Positions 17,030 through 28,060 of a stretch of DNA of 64,000 nt are shown here, one piece after another. A program made the translations under genes and the position numbers. This DNA comes from the human T2T-CHM13v2.0 reference genome, Homo sapiens. The DNA is taken from the NCBI RefSeq assembly GCF_009914755.1, contig NC_060925.1. One strand, 5' to 3'. Within the stretch, counting starts at the first letter, position 1. Every line of letters starts with the position of its first letter. The notes beneath the pieces were generated by a model that had not been told where the DNA came from, ran no database searches, and worked only from the letters and a program-made list of their open reading frames with translations.

Positions 17030-19201
17030 TGGTTAAAATTTTTTAAATGAAAAGTCATAAGATCTGGTTACATCAGTCTATATGTTTGTGTATGTGTACA
17101 TGTGTGTATCTATGTTATTATGTTATGTATATGTGATATTTTTCTACCTCCAACGTTATTACCAAACTAAAATACCCAAATTGGCTAGGGATAAATGAGC
17201 ACTCAAACAAATAAGAATGTATAAAATTTTCAGAAAAGTAGAAACTGACCCAATTTTTTTTAGGTTCACATAATCTGGGATATTCCTTAGTAAATAAAAA
17301 CTAGTTTAAAAAATATTGGTAAAATAAAAATAGAAACATTTTCAGAACTGTCAGCATACACTTATTTTACCTGGCTTTGCTGATTAGACAAGTTTGTGTT
17401 GTTACTGTTAGATGTTTAAGGCCATAAAACCATAAATTCAACCTAAGAATAGGATATGTAGTAAAAGTAAATTGCTTAATTGTCTGGTGTATGTCTGTTG
17501 CAAATGTAAATAAGAAAACATATCTAGAAGGATTGTGAAAATCTTATCTTGTATGGTCTAAGCTGACTGAGATTGGATAGATTTATTTATAAGGTTTTAT
17601 TAAAACTTAGTTTTAGTAATACATTGATTCAAAAGTAGAATTTGATCTTCTCCGTTAAAATGGTAAAGTTTTCTTGGAATGTTGGTCTGAGAATGTAAAG
17701 GGTATTTTTTTCCTTTTAAGTAATTGGCCTCAGAAACAGAGACTGTTTCATCAAGATAATTTCTTGAGTTTCATGTTGTTTTATTAGGTTTTGGTTACTT
17801 AAGAAAAGTGAGTCTTCTCAATATTAAAGGAGCTAAGTTCTTGTTCACAACTATGTAATCTGAATTTGCCTTTAAAATCTTTTAATGGAGCTTTTATTAA
17901 ATAGATAACTATGGTAATATTTGTTTTAAATGTTTTAAACTTTTTGACATTTTTGACAATCTTCCCAAAATCACATTCTAAGTTAAGTCTTTTTGACCTC
18001 AAATTAACTTAGGATTCTCCATATTGGACCCTCAGAAAGCCACAAAGAATATTTCTTTTTGTATGAAAGAGAGATTAAACCAATTAGATTTATTTAATAT
18101 GCTAAATTATATGTGTAGCATTCAAATAAAAAGTGATGCTAAGCCATCTTTAAGTTATATTTATGGATATATTATTGGGATAAGTGTACAAAAGTTGTAT
18201 GAGATTCCTAGAAATCTAGTATGTTATCAGTCATAATTTTGGTTATTATGTTAAAATGCTGTATGCCATGCTAACCAAATTTTCTTATAAATTGCATCAT
18301 TGTAATGAACTCTCATTAGATTTTTTAACCATGGACATTTTAAGTCCTTGTCATCTGTAGACAGTCATTGTTTTAATTTACTTGTTCTCTAAAAGCATTT
18401 GAAATTAGCTACAGTCCAAAATGGCTTCTTCTTCAAGGAGATTTATGGAAAATACTCTTATGAGTATTCTGGAATACAGGTTTCTGAACAACTTTAACAT
18501 CATACAATTGGACTGGTAAGAATTTCCAGAACTCTAATAAAACTGACGGGTTCATGTAACTACTAACCCAAGATCAAGCAAAACAAGATTTAATTACGTG
18601 GTACTGAATGAACTGATGAGAATAATTTTTAAAATGACTTTTTGTTGGAAACATTGCTAGTTCTTTAAATGTTTTGTTTTCCAGATTTCAGAAAACTTTT
18701 TTTTAAGCTATCTCTAGCTTACACCAATTCAGTAAAGAATACTTTTGTGCAAAATGGAAACATTTACTTTTTCTCCCTAACTTATCCCTCCAGAATTTGG
18801 AAACTATTTGTGCATATTCTTATTTTTATGGCAAAGTATTTATTTGCATAAGTTTAATAAGAATCTGTTGTCTTTGTAACAGGACAAACTGGAAACACAG
18901 GTTATATCACCAAGGCTTTGACTGAAACATCATGTTTTCAGATATGACCAGAAGGCTTTAGGGGACTAAGGTTGGCTTTATGGAACCAATAAAGTACCAT
19001 CTTGGAAAAACTGGCTCTAGGGTTCCCAGACTTACAGGTAAATAAAGAATGTCACTGTTTGGCAGGTGTGGAAACCTTGGGATATTTTAGGGACCTCAAG
19101 AAGAGAGAAATTTATCTGAATCTATAAATGTAACAGGTGCAGACTAATGACAAGTTTTGGGCTTGTATCCCAGCCTCAAGTGGCTTTTAAAAGTTTAATC
19201 T

Positions 19202-19500
19202 GACTGGAGACAGTGGCTCACGCCTGTAATCCCAGCACTTTGGGAGGCCAAGTCAGGTGGATGACAAGGTCAGGAGTTCAAGACCAGCCTGACCAATATG
19301 GTGAAAGCCCTGTCTCTACTAAAAATACAAAAAATGAGCCAGGCATAGTGGCACGCACCTATAATCCCAGCTACTCGGGAGGCTGAGCAGAAGAATCGCT
19401 TGAACCCAGGAGGCGGAGGTTGCAGTGAGCCAAGATCGCACCACTGCACTCCAGCCTGAGTGACAGAGGGAGACTCTGTCTAAAAAAACAAAAACAAAAA
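19202..19500 (+). mobile_element. AluS inserted in the ERV
   Basis: TSD aaaagtttaatctga. Confidence 0.95.
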
Positions 19501-20394
19501 GTTTAATCTGAGATTTCTTATCTGACAAACGCAACCTTTAAAAGAGCCTAAATGGTCAATCACTACTCTTAACTGCACTTGTGTACATAAACAGTACAAG
19601 TTTAATGAGATTAAACTTATTTAGCAAACAAATCAATCTGACTTTGATTATCTTTGACAGAAATGAGAGTGAATATAGAGAGAAAAGTTATGTTTCGGGA
19701 GAAAACTGCAGTGCACCCAATATTAGATTCTAGCTGTTTTTTTTTTTTTTTCTGAGGTTTTATTATCTGCCTGCAATCTGCAATAGATCCTCAATTTTTC
19801 TAGTTTACTACAATATTTAGCTACAATACTCCAAATTAATATTTCATTTTTTTCCTGCTATTCTGGCTTGGAATCACTAAAATTATAAACTTTTCTTTTC
19901 TTGAAGTCCTTCAAACTGAAACTGGATGACTTGACATAAGCTTCAGAAAAATTACCACAACAGCTTGTGTGTGGCCCATCTTTATGGCATTCAAACTGCA
20001 AACTAATCCAATGCCTCTTCTCACTCCAGCTGAAGATATTAAAAGCCCAGCATCTAGAAATCTTATTGATCAGCTGCCCTCTGGGCTCAGAAACTGTCTT
20101 TATAGTTCGTTCCAACTATTAATCTTTTTTAATTTTATTTTTATAGAAACTAAACTTCCCACATTAAAGGCCTGATAGCTCACACTATCCAGGAAATATC
20201 CTCTGCTACCAAGTCCCAACAGATGATTCAACTGGTCCTTAATGAATAAAAGGTGATCAAACAAGAAAAGAGACTTATACTGTTTGAAGGAAAGATGAAT
20301 GTCTCTTCTTTCCTTAAACAAGAAGTAGTACTAACAAAGATTCCTTGCTTGGCCAAACTTTAGTCAGATGTCTATCTTCCTTGCAAAATCCAAC

Positions 20395-20996
20395 TTTTTT
20401 TTTTTTATGTCGTACAATGTGATGTTTTGTTCTTTTTAAAATTTATTATTATTATACTTTAAGTTTTAGGGTACATGTGCACATTGTGCAGGTTAGTTAC
20501 ATATGTATACATGTGCCATGCTGGTGCGCTGCACCCACTAACTCGTCATCTAGCATTAGGTATATCTCCCAGTGATATCCTTCCCCCCTCCCCCCAACCC
20601 ACAACAGTCTCCAGAGTGTGATGTTCCCCTTCCTGTGTCCATGTGTTCTCATTGTTCAATTCCCACCTATAAGTGAGAATATGCGGTGTTTGGTTTTTTG
20701 TTCTTGCGATAGTTTACTGAGAATGATGATTTCCAATTTCATCCATGTCCCTACAAAGGACATGAACTCATCATTTTTTATGGCTGCATAGTATTCCATG
20801 GGGTATATGTGCCACATTTTCTTAATCCAGTCTATCATTGTTGGACATTTGGGTTGGTTCCAAGTCTTTGCTATTGTGAATAGTGCCGCAATAAACATAC
20901 GTGTGCATGTGTCTTTATAGCAGCATGATTTATAGTCCTTTGGGTACCTACCCAGTAATGGGATGGCTGGGTCAAATGGTATTTCTAGTTCTAGAT
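20395..20996 (-). mobile_element. Young 5'-truncated L1 (L1PA2/3-like)
   Basis: Intact ORF2 C-terminus [17 protein letters not shown]...SLIGGN*; GAG at the 3' UTR diagnostic site. Confidence 0.95.
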
Positions 20997-22541
20997 AGAA
21001 TGTTTCCTCTTATAACTCATAGTGAATATGACTGGACAATGAAACTATTTTGTAATTTCTTTCCTGAAAGATAAAGGCGTTAGAACATAGAATCTTTCAT
21101 TGATTCTACAGAATCTTAAGACTCCTTCAGAGATGGCAGTCATTCCTACCGTGCTGAACATCATGTTGTCACGGTCAGAATCAGAACTAAATTGATTAAG
21201 GGTCTGAAACAGTTTGGCACTCTTGGGCACTTATTCTGATAAGAAAGCTGATGAGACAGGGTAATGAAAAGAGGCTGCAAGAAATGACCATTCATGCATT
21301 CAGCCAACATTTAGGCCACCCTCCTGTATTCCAGGCACTGTACGTGGCACTGAGAATGCAAAGCAAAACGAGTCATGGTCTACTGGTGGGAGCCTTCTCA
21401 GCGGAGAAAAGATCAATAAGAAAAGTGCCTGCTGGAGACCTCTCCTAGGGCATAAACCAATATAGAGGTGGGGCAGCTACGTCACCCTGAGGTGTCCTTA
21501 GGCAGAACAGAAAGTGAGAATCAGAGCAGTATCTCATTTCTGAACACCTGGATTGTAGCTTTCCCTGGACTGACTGTCAAAGGAGGTGGTTTTAAAAAGC
21601 AAGCCAAACAGGTTTCCATCCTTTAGGAAGACCCTGGAACGTGCCAGTTGATTCTGACAATTTCTCATGAACAGAAACACCTAGGAAGGGAGAACTGGTG
21701 AGTCTTTTCAAGAGGAGGAAGTCCCTCAAAAGGGGCTGTGTTTCGCAAACGGCGCCCCAAAAGGGCTGAAATACTTCGATCTGGAGGAAAAAGACTCAGG
21801 CACTGAGGGAAGGGGAGGGTGCACATCTGGAGTAATTTCAAGGCTTTTTCCGTGTTATCTGAGGTGGCAACAAGTAAAGATTTGTTCGTTTTATTATTTT
21901 TTTAATTTTTAAAGATTTTCTTTTCCCTCCTTTTCCCCCTCCCGGCCACTCCGGTTTGTGTTTGCCACAAGACTCATAATTCCTTTAGAAAGTGGAGTCG
22001 AATTCATAAAAGTGATGGGGGGAGAGCGCGGAGAGGGAAGGCTGGGAGCCCCAGGGAGTCTTCACTACCTACACTGCCGCTCAGCTCCCGGCGCGAGTGG
22101 AGGTCGGGGTGGGGAGACGCGACTCCTGCCCGGGATGGCTGACACTCTGCGAGCCCCGGCGGCCCGCGGCCGGGCCGGGTGACTAGGCGGAGGGCGCGGA
22201 GGGTCCGCGGCGGGCGGGTGGCGCTGCAGCAGCCTGGGCACGGCTGCCGCCGCCCGCGGGCGAGAGTGTGCACGGGTGTGGAAGGCCGGAGTGCGGGCCG
22301 TGAGGGGTGTGCGCGCTTGAGCCGGAGCGGGGCTCGCCCCTCGTCGGCTCCCGCCGCCCAGCCGGTGATCGCTCTCCGGCCGTCCCCGGCACCCTCGGCC
22401 CCCCACGGCGGTTGGTCCGGGCGGGGGAAGGAGAAAGTGAGACTCGGTTTCATCACCAATCCATCGCCAGAAGGGGAGGAAACTGGAATCCAGCAGCGGC
22501 GAGCAGCAGCTGGGCGGTCACATCTGGAAATGGAAAGCCGA

Positions 22542-22604
22542 CCTCCCCCTCCTCCTCCACCTCCTCCTCCTCCTCCTCCTCCTCCTCCTCCTCCTCCTCC
22601 TCCT
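22542..22604 (+). repeat. (CCT)n trinucleotide tract with pure (CCT)15 at 22560-22604
   Basis: Seen directly. Confidence 0.95.
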
Positions 22605-22753
22605 CTCACCCAGGATCACTTCCGAAACCACTTGGCCTTCAGCCCCTGCCTCGGCCAGAGGTTTCATTTTTAACTGAATATTTACGAAAGCTGAAAGCGT
22701 GCGAGGGGGGTGGGGTGGAAATAGCGGCTGCTTCTTTTCCAAGGATTTATTTA

Positions 22754-22841
22754 ATGGGGATGTGTTCAAGGCAAGACCGAATTCAGAAGGATATCGACGT
22801 CGTGATCCAGAAGTCCAGAGCTGAGGACTGCCTGTTTGCAG
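22754..22841 (+). pseudogene. PARP8: PARP8-like coding exon 1 (partial gene duplicate)
   Basis: MGMCSRQDRIQKDIDVVIQKSRAEDCLFA versus remembered PARP8 MGMCSRQERIQKDIDVVIQKSRAEKDCLFA; donor CAG|gtgagt at 22842. Confidence 0.9.
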
Positions 22842-23748
22842 GTGAGTTCTTGCTTTTCCAGAACCTCGGACCCCGCGCCCCCTTCCCAGTTCTCTGACCG
22901 CGACGTGTGTGGCTGGGGGTGGGGTGGAGGGTTTGCACGTCCGCATTCCGGGGTTCATTTGGCAACAGCTGCTGCAACGAACGCGGGAGCCAAAAGCGGG
23001 AGGGGGCGCCAGCCTCGCCCCTTCCCCTCCCCCCACCCCCAAGTCTGGGGCAGCTACCAGCTTTGAGGGCAGAACCCGCGTGGCCCGAGCGGGGGTCTAG
23101 GCGAAGGGGCAGTGCGTGGTATTTCCAGCCCCGCGTAGTGCCCGAAGCCTGCAAGCACGCCTCATGGGTTCCAGCAGCGGCGGCAGAGCGGGGTTGGTTG
23201 GACCCGCCAGGTTTGCGTAATGGGCTGAGCGGCGGCGGCCGGGAATGGAGCCTGCTGCGTTGCGCTCGTAAGCTGCGTCCGGCGCCGAGGACCCCCGGGG
23301 GGCAGCGCTCGGCCCATCTCCGGCCCCTTCGGCTCCATCTAGTCCCCTCCGACTGGCAAAGAGAAGGGATTCCTCGGATTCCCAAGGCACCCAGCGCCCC
23401 TGCCTGGGGGGTCGCCTTTCGTCCATTTTGCTCCCCCGGGAGAGAGATCGGATTTTGCTTTCGCTGCCGCGAGCCCGGCTGGGGCTGCTTCCGGCCGCCC
23501 CGACTGGGAAATTCCCGCCGTTGCCATGGCACCCGGCACTTGCTGCCGGGGGCGGCCTGCCGCTGCACCCAGTCGGGGGCGCGCCGCATCCCCTGGGACG
23601 CTGCGCGGAGAGACCTCGCCGCCCTCTAGCCCTCGCCACCCGCCCGGCCAGGCCTCCCCTGACTCCACCAAATGGAGCGCCCAAGTCCTGATCGGGGTTA
23701 AAACAAATCCACTCCAGGGGTAGCTTTTGACAGGACTTTCTGTTTCAG

Positions 23749-23803
23749 ATTTCAGATACTCAGACTCCACCTTTACTTTTACCTATGTTGGCGGCCCCAG
23801 AAG
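23749..23803 (+). pseudogene. PARP8: PARP8-like coding exon 2 (55 nt)
   Basis: Acceptor ctttctgtttcag; encodes (D)FRYSDSTFTFTYVGGPR in phase with exon 1; donor AAG|gtattt. Confidence 0.9.
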
Positions 23804-26800
23804 GTATTTATGGGTGTAGAGTTGCTTCATTTCCTGTTCACACTCTTGTGTTTCCTTTGTTCTTAGCGTGTTCCGTGTTCGGGTATTTTGGTTGCTTGTT
23901 TGATTACTGTGGCTTTTCTTTACCTACAACCCAAGCCTGACGTCCCTCGGTTTTAAATAGCAGGGGGAGGGGAATCAATGTTTGATTCAGGTGTTTCGAA
24001 GACCACGCCACAGGCGATGAGCAGAACTCTTCATGTTGAAACGGTTCTGCTACAGTACTAGATTGCTCTCAGGCGATTTGGGGTTGATACAGGCAAGCCG
24101 GTGCAAAACTGGAATACTGGATATGAAGTGAAATGTATAAAAGACATAAAATGTCACAAAATAGTTTGATCACAAGTGTTGATTTTCCTGGTGAGTTGGG
24201 GCTGCGTGTTTCCATGTTTTCTGAAGGTTCACATAAACATGCAGCCTGCCAATTCTCTGTATATTTTTTTTTTCAATGAGTGGTATTTCGGTTTTCACGT
24301 TTAGTTGTAAGACAGAAATTGGAGACTTATATGTAGCTGGAGTGGATGACTTCTTTCTTTTGGGGGAAGAATGAGAGATGCACATTTCGTTAGTAAATTG
24401 TGAACAACTTGAAACAAACCCAAATCCAATTGTGAATTTAAGAAGTAGAGTTAAAATGAAAGGTAGCCATTCAAATACTATGCCTTGCTGCCTTCACTTA
24501 TTAAGTTAGGATTTTCTTCCTTTTAGCCCTTTAGGGATACAGTAGTTTAAAAGAGCAGTAGCCACATATGAAAGGATCAGATTTAGCTTAGAGGGAATTC
24601 CTTAGACCAGCCCTGCTGTTAAGACTTGACATTCAATATTGTTTGATCACATTCCAAAATATAGCTTAGCTAATGGCAACATTTGTAAACATATAAATTG
24701 CAAAAGAAGCTTTCTTGTGTACATACATTTTTAAAAGCTTGAAATTGATGTGAACTTTTAAAAACACGTAGGATCTGTATTACATTCTACATCTCAAAAC
24801 AAATTTAATTAAAGTGAATATCATTCCAGTATATACAATATGCCTAAGACCCAGAATTGGCACACTGATTTACTAGTTGAAAATATAACAGTATTCACCA
24901 AACTTCAATGTATACTTTTTGGAGAGAATGAAATTACAGTATTTCTTAATTTACTGTAATGTCATCTTTGTAATTATGAATTAACAATTCAATGAGAGGA
25001 GACTTGGTTGATTAAATTAATGCTGGTCCTACACATTATATCTAAAGGATCTTCGTATATGACTACTATCTTCTTGGATTATTTTAACAGTTAAAATATA
25101 CAAAGTGGCCCATTAAAAACAGAGTTGACTTTTCACCATTGCTGTTTTTCTGGTGAGACATGTGGAAAGGAAGGACAGGTGGACTTTTCAACTAACTAGC
25201 TCTCTGATTTTTAATAAGATACCTCAGTTCTTTTGGCCTCAGTTTACTTATCTGTACAAAGGGTAAGTCATATGCTTAATCACTAAGATCTGTTAGATAC
25301 TGCAGTTAAGATTCTTTATCAACAAATTACTGAACTCTAGTGTTAACATAGCTAGAGGTGGAAAAGGAAGCAAGACCAGGTGTTGGGATGAATAATTAAC
25401 TAATCGAGATAACATCAGTTTTCACCATAGGAACAAGTACCATCGTTGCTCTTAAAGTAAGAGATGTTTCCTATTTTATGTAATTTTACTAAGGGATAAT
25501 GTTTTCTTTTGTCACTGATTTAAATGTACCTGGATGTTTCTCAGCCATGTGGCTAAGATCGAACACAAGTAATACCTGGGCCTTTTATATCTAATCTAAT
25601 GTAGACCAGCCTGTTAAAAGAGAAAGACAATTGGTTAAACTGCTGATGTGTTGCTTTGTCTTCTCAAAAGCTTGTTCTATAATACAATATGTAAAAAGTT
25701 GTTACAGTGTAGTAACCGTAGATAATCCCTTTATGATTTGTACCTAATGACGAAGACCTTTTATTTTCTGAAAATAACGTGTTTGTTTTCATTACCGACA
25801 TTAGAAGCCAATATTTATTAATCTATTTCTCATCCTGACATTTCAGTCAGACTCTTAAAATAATCTTGCTGTGTTTTGATTTAATGTGCTTATCAACTTA
25901 TAATATTGAATTAATGTTAATAGTGTCATTTTAGGTGAACTAGACTTCATTGAAGGAGGTGGGAGCCTTATGGAGAGAGAGTATATGATTATCTCTATTT
26001 GTATTTAATTACCATTTCATCTAACCATTCAGAACATATTTCAAGAATAATTTTAATTCAAGTTGTAGATAAAACTTACTATACCATTTTCATTTTGACG
26101 CTTTCCGAGAATGAGATACACGGTATTTTAAAGACAAAGATTGATCTTACATGTTACTATTAAAAAAAACACGATAATTTTGTTCTATATTTATACTTTT
26201 AATTTTTCTGTGGATAATAAGAAATGCCAAGAGTCGATTGTGTCCATGCTGGCAAGTGGCCTAATAAATTGTCCTTTTATTTGGTGGTCCTCAGAGTGGC
26301 AGTTAACATCTTGCTATTCTGCCTTGTGGACTTGAGGTGGAAAGGTTCATGGAATTATATCCTTGCTTTTGGATGTGCAAACTGAGGCTCAGAGAGTTTA
26401 AGACACATAGTCACTTTCACCAATTAAATGATGAAGCTGCCATGTAAACGTATTTCATCACACTCCCGAGACCTTCTTCTCCAGTAGTGTTTTCAAGCTT
26501 TTTGAGCATGCAGACACTACCAATCAAAAAATTATGTAGAGACATACTTGAGAGTTACAGTTTAAAGAAAAACAAGGTGTAATTATTTGGTTATTAGTAG
26601 CATTTACATATGCTTGAAAACTTCTGCTATATATACAGTAAGATTAATTTATTCTAACAATGATCTTGATAATCCCCCTGATTCCCAGACTCCTTGGAAT
26701 AGCTCCACAGCTATCAGTGGTTCTGCCACAGGTTCAGAGCCTTCCCAGTACTGCCTTCTTATTTGAGAGGTGTGCTAAGAGCTATAAAGCAGAGGCTTCA

Positions 26801-26886
26801 ATTGTACACAATTGGGAAGTTTAGGCAAAAGTCATTTCTTCCCTATATTTTGTCATGCTTATCTCCTGTCTCTTTCTGTTTTACAG

Positions 26887-27138
26887 ATTAGCAATAAACT
26901 CCTTAAAACCCAAAGGTTTGGGCTTCTGTTCCTTTCACTTGCAGTCAGACATGGAGTTAGTGGTAGAAGAAACAGAAGGGGTAACCTGCATGGTGACAGC
27001 TACTGAGGGGATGGATAGGAAAGCAGGCTGAGTCCCTGGGGCCAGTGGTTACCAAAGCCAAGGAGAGAGCAAGGGGAGCCCAGTGGGCCTGGCCATGGAC
27101 TGCTCTGGAATTCCGAGTGTGAACTTTCAGCCAAGAAG
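26887..27138 (+). other. Candidate cryptic or lncRNA exon downstream of PARP8-like exon 2
   Basis: Strong acceptor tctcctgtctctttctgttttacag; possible donor AAG|gtagtg; purine-rich body. Confidence 0.45.
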
Positions 27139-27949
27139 GTAGTGTGAAAATATTACTGTGAGGTTTTAAAAGTACACAAATAACAATTGTTTTTTGTAAA
27201 AAGAAAAAAAAAAGTTAGAAAAAGAGATATGCCAAAAAGAAGAAAGTAAAAAATACATGACTTCTGTCTTCTGTTAACATATTAAAATTTATGCTTTTAG
27301 ATTTTTATGTGTCTATATACATGTAAAATATATATGCATCCCCAAATTGTATTATACTCTTTTGAGACCTCACATTTTTTTCACCCAAGAATATAACATT
27401 AATTTCTTTCCTTTAGAAAAGACATGAGACTAAAGAATGTTTATTGAGTTGAGAGTTTCCCAATCAAGGAGTATGACTCTGTATAATAATAAATCTAATG
27501 TTTTATTAGAAATTATAATAAAATTAGAAATTTAATATTTGGCAGGATGTGAGTTGCCTGCATATGTACACCCTTTATTATATGACTAGACACTCTTTTG
27601 TGTGGTCATGGATATATTGGCATCTTTTGAAGTGTATCCTTTTTGTTTCAGGAGCTTCTGTCTAGATGAATAGCAAGTGTGACACTGATAATAGTAATCG
27701 AATATTCCTCCAAGTACAGGCTCCTTCCTCTTTCTCCTGGACCTTTGCACATGCTGCCTGGAAAACTCACCCACAACCTACTTTCCATCCTCTCCTTCGG
27801 CTCATCCCTGCTCAGCCCTCTTTGTTGAGATATTTGCCAAGCCAGATTCTCTGAGAAGCCTTTCCTGGCATCTTCGTCTATATAATTCTGCTAGTTGTTT
27901 CTAAAACTATGTTGTTAGTGTATATTGTAATCACCTATTTATGTCTGTT

Positions 27950-28060
27950 TGACTGTGAGCCTCTTGGAGATGGGAATTCTCTCCTATGCATTGCGGTTTC
28001 CCCAGCCCCTAGCACACTGTCTAGCCCAGTATTCCTTCTCAGTAAGTAGGTGTTGAATGA
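27950..28060. mobile_element. L2 3' end fragment
   Basis: gactgtgagcctcttgg...cccagcccctagcaca...tgttgaatga. Confidence 0.65.

Larger units (their letters stand above)
15433..20394 (+). mobile_element. MER31-like ERV1 provirus: 5' LTR 15433-15894, non-coding internal region, truncated 3' LTR 20332-20394
   Basis: taacaaagattc(t/c)ttgcttggccaa(a)ctttagtcag occurs at both 15433 and 20332; aataaa and ...tttaaca end the 5' LTR. Confidence 0.8.
21930..23700 (+). promoter_or_regulatory. CpG island promoter of the PARP8-derived transcription unit
   Basis: Very high GC and CpG content, GC boxes, spans the first coding exon. Confidence 0.9.

Noticed and set aside
15895-20331. Retroviral gag/pol/env genes in the ERV interior
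   Set aside because: No recognisable retroviral motifs or long ORFs
22307-22897. 196-aa ORF with poly-Ser in frame with the PARP8 ATG
   Set aside because: It starts at GTG, has no upstream in-frame ATG and reads through the exon 1 donor; open frames are expected in GC-rich DNA
22004-23770. Many long overlapping ORFs on both strands (up to 268 aa)
   Set aside because: Stop-codon scarcity in a CpG island; low-complexity translations with no recognisable domain
27195-27260. A-rich stretch as a retrocopy tail or true poly(A) site
   Set aside because: No TSD or adjacent AATAAA; more likely old repeat debris and an oligo-dT internal-priming hazard
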